From Isurus oxyrinchus (taxonomy: Eukaryota): DNA of 64,000 nt. Of this stretch, positions 26,356 through 37,095 are shown one piece after another. Position 1 is the stretch's first letter. Every line of letters starts with the position of its first letter. A model generated the notes under the pieces. That model saw only the letters and a list, made by a program, of their open reading frames with translations. It did not search any database and was not told the origin of the DNA. Location: NCBI GenBank assembly GCA_026770705.1, contig JANJGN010000323.1:1-64000 (forward strand). The letters are read 5' to 3'. The translations under genes and the position numbers were made by a program.

Positions 26356-26495
26356 TCAAACAGTCTGTCGACTTGCTTTCACTGTTTGTCTCTCCCAGAC
26401 ACAGACTCCAGCGATAGTGATAACCACAGCCACAAGGAATATCACAGCTCGTATTCCCAGGATCAGGATCACGTGCAGAATCTCTCCTCCACTGT
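26356..26495 (-). CDS. Gene A transmembrane/short-tail exon: (H)SGGEILHVILILGIRAVIFLVAVVITIAGVCVWERQTVKASRQTV*
   Basis: Acceptor tttctttctgtgtgttctctag|, phase 1 matching the upstream Ig exons. Long hydrophobic segment with an embedded Arg, 12-aa tail without Tyr, TGA at 26356-26358. Confidence 0.85.
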
Positions 26496-28173
26496 CTAGA
26501 GAACACACAGAAAGAAATCATCACTGACTCTCCGCTTTCAATCTCTCACTCTGGCTGAACAATCAAGCTTCATATCACTGCAACATTTGCTGTAATATTG
26601 ACCCATCCACTGGGATTCAATGTGGAATGAATGTTTTCATTGTAAACACTCTAAGAGTGGACAATCGGAACTTTCCCCTTAGCGTGGAACATTGGTGAGA
26701 ATGGATCATTGTGCTGTTGGACTCCCTGTCCAATGTTTCTCCCAATCGTTGTGTACAGGATTGTGCTGTAGAAAATTCTGGAAACGTTTAGTGCAGGGTG
26801 GAAATCCATCTCGGACGCGTGTACGAATCGGGCAGGATCGAGATGGACTCCCCCACGGACTTACAGGCCTCACTTAATAAACAGTTCCAATCTTTACCCA
26901 GAGAGAGGGGAGAATGTGGAACTCGCTCCCACAGGGAGTGGTTGAGGTGAACAGTATCAATGTACTTAAGGGGCAGGAGGCTCGGTAACCAGAGGGACAC
27001 AGATTGACGAACCGAAGGGGGAGATGAGGAGAATTTGTTTTGACAGAGCGAGTTGTTGTGATCTGGAAGGTGCTGCCTGAAAGGGCGGTGGAAGCAGATT
27101 CAATAGGAACTTTCAAAAGGGAAATTGGATAAATACTTAAAGGAGGAAGATGGTGGCAAATTGGAATGGTGGTTAGTGGATCTGATTGGATAGAACATTG
27201 AAAGACCTGGCACAGGCACAATGGACTGAATGGCCTCCTCCTGTGCTGTATCATTCTCCGTTTCCATGATCTCTCCCCCAGTCAGTAATGACTCCAGATC
27301 CCTCTTGAAGGCGACAGAGAATCAGCAACCACCACACCCACTGACAGCACATTCCCGAGGATCACTACTCTTTGGGAAAAGATGAACTCCCCAACATCCA
27401 GCCTATTCCTGCTTCCCAGAGAGTGTCAACCCTTCAGGGAGGCACTGAGGAAGTTTTCAATAAAATGACATCAAATCTACCGTTTGAGAAATAATTGAAT
27501 TCCAATGAACTCACAGCTTGTGGAGCAAACTGGGAAGTGGAGTTGCTTGAAAAGCTGGGAAACACAAGGATTAAGTGCTACAATGCCACCACTGGTAGGA
27601 GACTGTAACTACAGCGTGATGTTTACATAGGCAATTCCCATTATGAACAAGGACATTGGACATCATGTGAAATATGGGCACTGGAAAGGTGAGAACATGA
27701 TGTAAGCTTTTCACCAACAGGAATTCTCCTCCTAAACCTCTCCACCTCTCGCTTACTCTCAAATACACAAAGAAAATCACACAAATCAGATAAGGAGGAT
27801 TTGGGACCGGTGATTGTTCGAAGGGTGAGCTTTCAGGAAGCTTCTTAAAGGGAGAGAGAGAGTTGGAGAGGCAGAGAGTATCTGTGAGTGTCTCTATGCA
27901 TCTGACTGTCTGTAATAGACTTTGTAATTTCCATATTCTTGCATAAATATGAATGGGAACACAAATCCCAGAATTCAGGCCAACTCTCCAGGGCAGTACT
28001 GAGGGAGGTCAGGTAGCCCACAGGGGAGTGTGTGTTAGTGTGTTTGTGTGTGAGTGTGTCTTTCTGTGTGGTCATATATGTGTGTCTGCATGTGTCTACT
28101 TAGATGTGTATGTTTGAGGGTGTTTGTGTCGTGTTCGAATCTGCGAGAGATGTTGAAGTCTGTGTACACTCAC

Positions 28174-28326
28174 GTTCCACAGTGATGGTTATGAATCCCT
28201 CCACTGCTCCATGTTCATTCTCTGCCACACACTGATAGTCTCCAGTGTCCCTGGATGTAATGTGAGGAATCACTAACCACAGCTCATTGTTGGAAGTTGT
28301 TCTGTTCATTGGGACATTAAGATGTC
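28174..28326 (-). pseudogene. Gene A second C2-set exon, 3' half only (...HLNVPMNRTTSNNELWLVIPHITSRDTGDYQCVAENEHGAVEGFITITVE)
   Basis: Near-identical to 39265-39417 with intact donor C|GTGAGT. The 5' ~120 nt, including the acceptor and first Cys, is replaced by unrelated sequence (28327-~28505). Confidence 0.88.
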
Positions 28327-28648
28327 AGGGCAGGAATCAAGAAGCCCGTTCACAGGATTACCAACAGAAAGTGAACAACAATTTATACTTAATGGGAAGA
28401 GAGTGCTGATTGGTTGGCAAGTGGTCTCTGATAGGTGGAGGTGTTGCCATGGAGAATGGTGTGTGCGAGATATAAAGTTTAGACAGCTTGTCTCTTCATT
28501 CAGCAATAATCAAATAAAGATCAATTAACTTCTATCGACTTTGAAGCACTTAGAGAGGCCTTAGAATGTGGATACTGAGAACGGGCTGCACTGTCAGAGG
28601 GTCAGCGCTGAGGGAGTGCTGATGTAGAATGAAAGTGTATGTAATTAC

Positions 28649-28945
28649 CTTGCACAGTTAGTACGAGGGTCCGCTCCGATGAAACAGATGGATATCTCAC
28701 TCTGCAGCTGAGAGTGTGTCCGTGGTGTTTGAGTGATGGAATCAGGGTCACAACACAAGTATAGGTCAGAGTGACACCATGCTGAGTTACAGTGTATGAG
28801 ACTGATCCAGGGACGTCAGTGGGAGTGTCCCAGGTTAAGACAGGTGCTGCTGTTCCATTGCATGTTGTGTTGAAGGTGCAGCTTACATCCATACGCTTTC
28901 CTGCAATAATTTCAGCAGGGAATATCGTGGGTTTATCTGTGAAAT
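28649..28945 (-). CDS. Gene A first C2-set exon (DFTDKPTIFPAEIIAGKRMDVSCTFNTTCNGTAAPVLTW...LSCRVRYPSVSSERTLVLTVQ)
   Basis: 297 nt, phase 1/1, open frame, acceptor ctgtctgttag|, donor G|GTAATT. Siglec domain-2 pattern with the BC-loop Cys. Confidence 0.85.
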
Positions 28946-29804
28946 CTAACAGACAGAGAATGGATCCTTTTAGAGAAATATAATGTGAAGCATCAGTTCA
29001 AATAGAAATCACAGTCCCACAAGAGAAAGCACTTTTACAAGGATGATATCAGAACTGAGAGGTTACAATGATCAGGAAAGATTTTCTTGCTCTTTGGCAG
29101 TAGTGTTTCTGTCTCTCAGCTTAATACACGTTCACTCCGAGACATGTGAATTGAGAACACTGGATGAGAGAAGAGGATCAGACCAGAGATTGGAGTTAAA
29201 AGCAGAATACTGCGGATGCTGGAAATCTGAAACCAAAACAAAAATTGCTGGAAAGACTCAGCAGGTCTGACAGTATCAGTGGAGAGGAAGACAGGGTTAA
29301 CGTTTCGAGTCCGTATGACTCTTCATCAGACCAGAGGTTTGAGTTCACTGGCTTCTCATTTCCTCAGTGATCTGGGTGATTTATCACCTTGTGGTTTGTT
29401 GGATCTTGCTGTGCACAAACTGCCTGCTGTGTTTAACATCTTTGACTACAATTCAGGCATAATTTCATTGGCTGTGAAGGGATTTGGATCCTCCTGAGGT
29501 GGTAAATTGCGCTGCAGAAATGCACATCTTTCTTTTATCGATACGTCAGACTTTTAAACAGGACAGGAGAGATTGATGGGAATGGATAACCTGATAATAC
29601 AGTTAATGCTTTTCATCATTGATATTAAAGTGAGTATTAGAGGTTGCTTTAGGACTGAACTGGAAGCGATCACCAGGTTATTGAGAATCAGACAGTGTGT
29701 TATAATAAGCTGTGTTTTGTGTTAATATGTAAACGTCACAGTAAGTGTTATTTCCCATTGAGTGTTGGATGTGAATTGTTGAGTAATTATAACGCAGCAC
29801 TTAC

Positions 29805-29836
29805 CAGAACCGTGAAGCCGGGTTACAGGGTAATAT
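29805..29836 (-). pseudogene. Gene A V-set exon remnant (last ~30 nt and donor only)
   Basis: Matches the 3' end of the V exons at 41326, 44867 and 58552, joined directly to upstream-intron sequence (aaatatcaatatttaactctggat). About 340 nt including the acceptor is missing. Confidence 0.85.
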
Positions 29837-30526
29837 AAATATCAATATTTAACTCTGGATGGTTTGTCAATCCACTAGACTCGATATCCACCCCCTCCAT
29901 CACTGGGGCACAGTGGCTGCTGTGTGGACCATCTACAGGACACACAAGGAACTCCCCAAGGTTTCACAATGGATGGAAGAGAATCCTGGACACAGGAGTG
30001 GACAAGTTCATTCTACATTGGCTCATGGTCCTCAGGACTCTGTTTACTGAAGCCAGTCTTCCACCCAACACAGTGTCTACAAGATACACAGGGAAACTGT
30101 GTAAACATCTCATCTCTCTACACCGACTGGTTTGGCTTCGGTTTAACTTTCAGTTATTTTACTACCTTATTGTGGTTGCTATGGTGAAACTGTGCAGGAT
30201 GTGTGAGGGCTGGACTCTCTGTCTATTCTGACTGCAGCTGTGATGTGGTCGTGGTGATTCTCAGTAAAATGAAACCCTCTGATCTCCTCCATCGCCGAGG
30301 TTTAGGGAGTGAATTCCAGAGCTCAGGCCCCAGGCAGCTGAAGGCACGGCCGCCACTATTGGAGTGATGGGAATCGGGGGATGGTCAAGAGGCCGGAATT
30401 GGAGTAACACAGAGATCTGGGAAGCTGTTTGGTTGAGTTGCAGGACGTTACAGAGATAAAGAGATAAGAATGATCTTTTACAAAAACTGTTAAACATAAA
30501 TCTGTCCATACTGACGATGATATTAC

Positions 30527-30566
30527 CTTGGAGAAGTGACAGGAGGAAGTAAGATTTCCCGATCAT
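30527..30566 (-). CDS. Leader exon copy A1, MIGKSYFLLSLLQ
   Basis: acaATG, 13 codons plus 1 nt, donor G|GTAAT, acceptor at 30606. One of five near-identical copies. Confidence 0.8.
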
Positions 30567-31016
30567 TGTCCACTCCCAGATAGTCCATCCACTTCTCACT
30601 CTCAAGCTGTGAAATAGAAAGGAGTTAATGAGACTTCACCTATTGTCCGACAGCTTTCAAGAGATCAGAACAGCTTTTAGACAATATCTTCACAGAAGAA
30701 TTTGATTCTCTGTGGGATGATAGGTGCTCTGCAGAGAGTTACAAGGCTTTAAGAAAGAAAATCAATGAAGGATTTGCATTTCTATAGCACCTTTCACCTC
30801 CTCAGGATGCCCCAAAGCTCATGTCTCTGCACTTCCCTCATCCCTTGAGCTAGAAAGATGTTCTGTACAACAGACCTGAGACTCACATCCAGATGTCAAT
30901 AACCAGTAGAAATCTTTCAAAGGCATCAATCATTGGAATCTGTCTTTATAAAGTCACAACATCAACAAAGGACGGTGTTGGTCGTGGAAGTGAATTCCAA
31001 TCGTTCCGTTACTTAC

Positions 31017-31101
31017 CCAGGACCTGTCCGACTGCTCGCCTGGGGAGGAACTGCCCACACGCTCTGCTTGGGCTGAATGACCTCTTCCTGTGCTGCCCCC
31101 T
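31017..31101 (-). other. 85-nt exon module upstream of leader (putative 5'UTR exon), copy A1
   Basis: Donor TGG|GTAAGT; lies ~410 nt upstream of the leader exon; PU.1/ETS-like AAAATGAGGAAGT at 31144. Confidence 0.65.
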
Positions 31102-31744
31102 CTGTGTATTTAGTGAGAAAGGGTTGATGTGTCTCTGTGAGACAAAATGAGGAAGTTGGATCAAAGTGACAGAGCAGCTCATGTTTTGAGATGTTGGTGA
31201 ACTTTGTGTCCTGACCCTGTGGTGATATTTCTGCTCACAGGTGGACAGTCATTGACCAGGAGTTTCTCCTGTGGGTCAGTGGGTTTCACAGCCAAATTCA
31301 GGGGGTCAGAATGTTGTGGGATTCAAGACCCGATTCAAGGGACGTCTGCCCCACAGAGTAGACTGAAACTCCCCAGTGTCAGTACTGAGCAAGTGCTGCA
31401 CTGTCGGATGGTCATTACTGAGCGAGTGTTGCACTATTGTAAGGTCAGTACTGAGGGAGATCTCCACTGTTTCAGGGTCAGTACTGAGGGAGTGCTGCAC
31501 TGTCAGAGGGACATTAATCAGGGAGTGCTGCAATGTTGGAGGATCAGTACTGAGGGAGTGCTGCACTGTTGGAGGGTCAGTATTAAGGTGCTGATTTACA
31601 AGACAGGACAATGGATTAGGAGCCGTCAGAACTCCCCCCATTATCACAGTCATGAATCACTAATTAGCCTAACATTCCTGTCTGCTCTTCAACACAGCTG
31701 ATTGGCTAATCTGATTCACTATCATTGGTGCACTTTGTATGTTC

Positions 31745-31865
31745 ATTGTCTAAGGAATCTCTTTGGATCCTCATTGTCTAAGGAATCTCTTTGGATCCTC
31801 ATGTCTAAGGAATCTTTTTGGATCCTCATTGTCCAAGGAATCTCTTTGGATCCTCATTGTCTAAG
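31745..31865. repeat. 28-bp tandem repeat ATTGTCTAAGGAATCTCTTTGGATCCTC (also 53450-53545, 60680-60765)
   Basis: 3-4 units per site; copy number differs between paralogous blocks. Confidence 0.9.
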
Positions 31866-32651
31866 GGATTATTTCTGATCCAAACCCCATATTGTTGTAT
31901 TGTTGATTCCGATGCAGCATTGTAGACTGACTTGTCCCCAAGCTCAGCACTGACCCTACTCCAGCAGACACTGTGAAACACACTAACAAAGCGCCTCTAG
32001 CCTGAGCTCTGCATGTGTCGAGAGAAAGACAAATATACAAACTGAATATTGACACCTTTACACACGGACAGCTTTACCTTCCTTCTCTCTTTCAGTTATC
32101 TTGCTCCCTTATTGAAGTATCTAGCAAGGTGAGAATGGACAGGAAGTGTGACACTGAACAGCCTGTCTATTCTAGGAGCTGCTGTGTTGTCTTCATGGGA
32201 AATTCTGACTAAAATCAGCAAAAGACACAAATTTCATTCCTTTGCTATCGGCGTCCAAGCATCAGGATAGACTTCATCCCCCAGTATTTATCACTGTTTC
32301 TCAACTCAACACCTCACACCCTCTGCCACTCGCTGACCTGCACTGGCTCCCAGTCCAGCAGAGCCTCGAGTTTAAGACGCTCATCCTCAATTTCCATTCC
32401 CTCCATTCCTCTTCTCCAATCACTTTCTCCTCCAACCATGCAAACCTCAAAGTCCTCTGCTCTCCTCCAATTCTGCTGTCAGACAGGGGGTCAGTGTATA
32501 TCAGTGAGCACAGGGGTGATGGGTGAATGGGACTTGGTGTGAGATTGTACACTGGCTCACTGCTGAATCTGTTCCCAATCACAGCTCAATAAGAATTATG
32601 TTTTACAAAGATGATTAGCCATAAATCTGTCCGAGCTGACAATGATATTAC

Positions 32652-32691
32652 CTTGGAGAAGTGACAGGAGGAAGTAAGATTTCCTGATCAT
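32652..32691 (-). CDS. Leader exon copy A2, MIRKSYFLLSLLQ
   Basis: Same structure as A1 with a phase-1 donor. Its 85-nt upstream exon is at 33135-33219 and its ETS site at 33262. Confidence 0.7.
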
Positions 32692-33974
32692 TGTCCACTC
32701 CCAGGTATTTCATTGGTTCTCAAGCTGTGAAAGAGAAATGAGTTAATGAGACCTCACCTCTTGCCTGACAGCTCTCGAGAGATCAGAACTGCTTTTAGAC
32801 AATGTCTTCGCAGACTAATTTCATTCTCTGTGGGATGATAGGTGCTCTGCAGAGAGTTACAAGGCTTTAAGACAGTAAAACAATGAAGGACTTGCATTTC
32901 TATATCGCCTTTCCCCTGCTCAGGACACCCCAAAGCTCTTGTCCCTGCTCTTCCCTCATCCCTTGAGCTAGAAAGATGTTCTGTACAACAGACTTGAGTC
33001 TCACACCCAGATCTCAATAACCAGTAGAAATCTTTCAAAGGCATCAATCATTGTAATCTGTCTTTATAAAGTCACAACGTCAACAAAGGACGGTGTTGGT
33101 GGTGGAAGTGAATTCCAATCGTTCCGTTACTTACCCAGGACCTGTCCGACTGCTCGCCTGGGGAGGAACTGCCCACACGCTCTGCTTGGGCTGAATGACC
33201 TCTTCCTGTGCTGCTCCCTCTGTGTGTTTAATTAGAAAGGGTTGATGTGTCACTGTGAGACAAAATGAGGAAGTGGTTAGTACCAAGTTAGGAAGCATCT
33301 CTTTGCCTCGCACAGTTAGAAAACTGTTAACCCTTTGCGTGCCAAGAATGTGGCTGAAGGGCCATCGACTGTTCACATGCAACAAGCTCGAGGGGGTTGA
33401 ACGGGCCTTCTCCTGTTCCTGTGTAAGAGGCTTGTGTGGCTGAATGGGCCTCCTCCTGTTCCTGTAAAACTGCCTCGAGGGACTGAATGAACCTCCTCCT
33501 CCGCTTCTTGTGTAACATGCTTGAGGGGCTGTTTGGGCCCCATCATGTTCTTATATAAGATGCTCGTGTGGCTGAATGAGACTTCTCCTGTTCCTATGTA
33601 ACTGACTTGAGGGGCTTAATGGACCTCCTCCTGTTCCTGTTCATCAAGCTCATGGGGCTGAAATGACGTCCTTACGTTCTGGTGTAAGAGGCTCGAAGGT
33701 CTGAATGGGCCTCCTCCTGTTGCTGTGTAACAGGCTCGAGGGGCTGAATGGGCCTCCTCCTGTTCCTGTGTAACAGGCTCGAGGGGCTGAATCGGCTTCC
33801 TCCTGTTCCTGTGTAACAGGCTTGAGGGGCTGAATGGCCTCCTCCTTTTCCTGTATAACAGGCTCATGGGGCTGAATGGCCTCCTCCTTTTCCTGTGTAA
33901 CAGGCTCGAGGGGGCTGAATGGCCTCCTCCTGTTCCTGTGTAACAGTGTCGAGGGGCTGAATGTCCTCCTCTCA

Positions 33975-34195
33975 TTAAAAATAAATACTGCAGATGTTAT
34001 AAATCTTCAATAAAAACAGAAAATGCTGCCTTACCTCAGCAGGTCTGGCAGCAGCTGTGGAGAGAGAAACAGAATTTTTGCTTATAGACTCTGAAGAAGG
34101 GTCATACGGACTCGAAATGTTAATTCCGTTTATCTCTCCACAGATGCTGCCAGACCTACTCAGTTTCTCCAGCATTTTCTGTTTTTATTTCAGGT
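33975..34195. mobile_element. Short interspersed repeat (AAATGCTGGAAAAACTCAGCAGGTCTG family), as inverted halves; also at ~8150, 17230, 24320, 29200, 55870, 57030
   Basis: Recurrent motif seen at least seven times in both orientations. Confidence 0.7.
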
Positions 34196-35308
34196 GCTCT
34201 CTTGTTCCTGTGTAGCAGGTTCGAGGGGGCTGAATGGCCTCCTCCTGTTCCTATTCAATGGGTAGTCAAAGTATGCGTCTGATTTGGGACCTCAAACCCA
34301 ATTCTGTCCTCAGGACATTGACAGATGGGGAGACCAGTTACAGGTTAAGGCCGGAGGATTATTTATTTTCCCAATCTTTTATCCAAGAATGTCATCAAAC
34401 ACAGAGCAGAACCAGGATCAAGGATGTTGGTCTCTGTGATCTGTAACACATCGCACAGTCCACCCATCCACTCAGCCTTCAGAATGGATGCTAATTGTAC
34501 TCTCCAAGTGTGAAAGACTAAAATGGTGGTTTATTGCAGCTCTATTTCATTCTGTTATCAAAGCTGTCTCATCCATCTATGACATATTGAAGAAGGTAAA
34601 CCTGCAACCAATTTTTCACATCATAATTTCCAATGTTCATTGGCAACATCAATGTAAACATGTCACGCTGAAATGATGTCCTCCCACCAGTAGTGGCACT
34701 GTAGCACATCTGTTATCCTCTGAGCTGCAGAGAATTTCTCAAATCTCCAAACAAATTGTTTCCATGTTTCTGGGATTGCTGTTAGTTTTGCTGTTTAACG
34801 ATGAAGTGTAAAATCCAAATATATATCTGAAAATACATTTGATTACAAAATGCTGAGTAAATTTTGCCAATCTCCTCTGCTCCAATTATCCACTGATCCT
34901 GCATTTCCTGAAGTCTACACTGGCTGATGAATATTCTGTAAACACTGACAGACAGGAAGGTGAATAACAGAATGAAAATTAACTCATAATCACGGACACG
35001 GGATTGAATTTGTCCGTTCTGTCCTGGTACATCATCGAATGATATCTAAAGACATTTACAATCAGAATGGAGAGAAGGATGTTTCCAACAGTGAGGGACA
35101 ATTCTGAAGGATGATGTTCAAATTGAAACCCACAGACAATCATCATGGATAGATCATTCCGAAGAAATTCCATCAGATTGTAACAAGAGGTTTAAATCTA
35201 TTTCCTGGGAGTGAGTTCCTGTGGATATTAGGAAGGTAATTTGGAGTTTTGAATGATTCTCCCGTTCTGTATTCTCCCCACACTGTGTGTGTCTCATTCT
35301 TGCTCAGT

Positions 35309-35425
35309 TTATAAATTCCCATAAACAGAATCCTTGGCAAAATCACAGTTTGCGTAAAGATCATCATCTGTATCAGGATTGACTCCGCGGATAGATTTCA
35401 TTTCCAGATCCTTCTCATCTTTCTT
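35309..35425 (-). CDS. Gene B terminal cytoplasmic exon KKDEKDLEMKSIRGVNPDTDDDLYANCDFAKDSVYGNL*
   Basis: Acceptor tttctattacag|, phase 0, two Tyr motifs (DLYANC; SVYGNL fits ITIM consensus S/I/V/L-x-Y-x-x-I/V/L), TAA at 35309-35311. Minus-strand AATAAA at 34530-34535 and 34362-34367. Confidence 0.85.
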   Translation of the reverse strand, partial: KKDEKDLEMKSIRGVNPDTDDDLYANCDFAKDSVYGNL

Positions 35426-35519
35426 CTGTAATAGAAACAGAAATGATCAGAGTGACAATCAGAGTGATCAGTGTTTAGTATTATTGATCCAAATCGAAAA
35501 TTCCACCCACAATAGATAC

Positions 35520-36260
35520 ATTAATTATTGATACTGAACAGGGTTTGATTATTGATTCTGAACAGGGTTTGATTATTGATTCTGAACGCGGTTTGAATAT
35601 TGATTCTGAACGCGGTTTGATTATTGATTCTGAATGGGGTTTGATTATTGATACTGAACCGGGTTTGTTTATTGATAATGAAGGGGGTTTGATTATTGAT
35701 ACTGAACGGGGTTTAATTATTGATTCTGAACAGGGTTTGATTATTGATACTGAAAGGGGTTTGATTATTGATTCTGAACGGGGTTTGATTATTGATACTG
35801 AATGGGGTTTGATTATTGATTCTGAATGGGGTTTGATTATTGATACTGAACGGGGTTTGATTATTGATACTGAATGGGGTTTGATTATTGATTCTGAACA
35901 GGGTTTGATTATTGATTCTGAATGGGGTTTGATTATTGATTCTGAATGGGGTTTGATTATTGATACTGAACGGGGTGTGAATACTGATTCTGAACGGGGT
36001 TTGATTATTGATACTGAATGGGGTTTGATTATTGATATTGAATGGGTTTTGATTATTGATTCTGAATGGGGTTTGATTATTGATTCTGAACGGGGTTTGA
36101 TTATTGATTCTGAACGGGGTTTGATTATTGATTCTGAATGGGGTTTGATTATTGATACTGAACGGGGTATGATTATTGATTATGAATGGGGTTTGATTAT
36201 TGATACTGAATGGGATTTGATTATTGATTCTGAACGGGGTTTGATTATTGATTCTGAACG
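35520..36260. repeat. 24-bp minisatellite GGGGTTTGATTATTGAT(T/A)CTGAA(C/T) in the last intron of gene B
   Basis: About 31 tandem units. Confidence 0.97.
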
Positions 36261-36394
36261 GTGTTGGGTGTGAGTTTGGTTGGGTTTGGGAGTGACTGTA
36301 TAAAAAATTGCAGATACAGGACTGGAGCAGCCATATCAATAACCAGGCTACTGGAGCAGCTGAGAGGCTGGGGATCCTGTGGTGTGTGACTCAC

Positions 36395-36499
36395 CTGATT
36401 CCTCAAAGCCCAACCACGCTCACAGTTTTCATAAACAGGACTTCGATGTTCATCAACACGATGGGTCGATTTGATTCCTGCTTTCCCCTTGCCTCTCTT
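36395..36499 (-). CDS. Gene B cytoplasmic exon KRGKGKAGIKSTHRVDEHRSPVYENCERGWALRNQ
   Basis: Acceptor ctctattacag|aaga, nearly identical to that of the terminal exon; YENC motif. The phase-0 donor CAG|GTGAGT lies within a CR1 fragment, so the 3' boundary is less certain. Confidence 0.65.
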
Positions 36500-37010
36500 C
36501 TGTAATAGAGATGGAAATGGACAGAGTGACAATCAACATGATGTGTATTCGGTGTTGGGTTTGATTATTGGGGAGAGAGTTCCAGATTTCCACTCCCCTT
36601 TGTGTGAAGAAGTGCTTCCTGACATCACCCCTGAATGGCCTGGCTCCAATCTGAAGTTCCAGCCCCCTTGTTCTGGACTCCACCCGACCTCCACCACCCA
36701 CCCCCACCCGAGGGAATAGCTTCTCTCTATCGACCCTATCGAGTGTTTAATCAGTTTGAACCCCTCAGTTAGATCCCTCCTTAATCTTCTAGACCCGAGG
36801 GAATATAATCGTAGACTGTGTGTAACCTGTCTGCACAATTTAACCAGAAAGATGTTCTGTACAACAGACTTGAGCCTCACACCCAGATCTCAATAATCAG
36901 TAGAAATCTTTCAAAGGCATCAATCATTGGAATCTGTCTTTATAAAGTCACAACCTCAACAAAGGACGGTGTTGGTGGTGGAAGTGAATTCCAATCATTC
37001 TGTTACTTAC

Positions 37011-37095
37011 CCAGGACCTGTCCGACTGCTCGCCTGGGGAGGAACTGCCCACACGCTCTGCTTGGGCTGAATGACCTCTTCCTGTGCTGATCCCT
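37011..37095 (-). CDS. Candidate gene B cytoplasmic exon (K)GISTGRGHSAQAERVGSSSPGEQSDRSW; sixth copy of the 85-nt module
   Basis: Acceptor aaatacacag|, donor TGG|GTAAGT. Phase 2->0 and open, which bridges the TM exon (ends phase 2) to the next exon (phase 0). Confidence 0.55.

Larger units (their letters stand above)
30440..34940. repeat. Segmental duplication, copy 1 (two promoter-leader cassettes and a 3'UTR)
   Basis: Colinear, high-identity match to ~52140-56837, including shared 33-bp, 28-bp and 43-bp repeats. Confidence 0.92.

Noticed and set aside
35545-36339. 242-aa and 208-aa repetitive ORFs
   Set aside because: They are read-throughs of a stop-free 24-bp intronic minisatellite.
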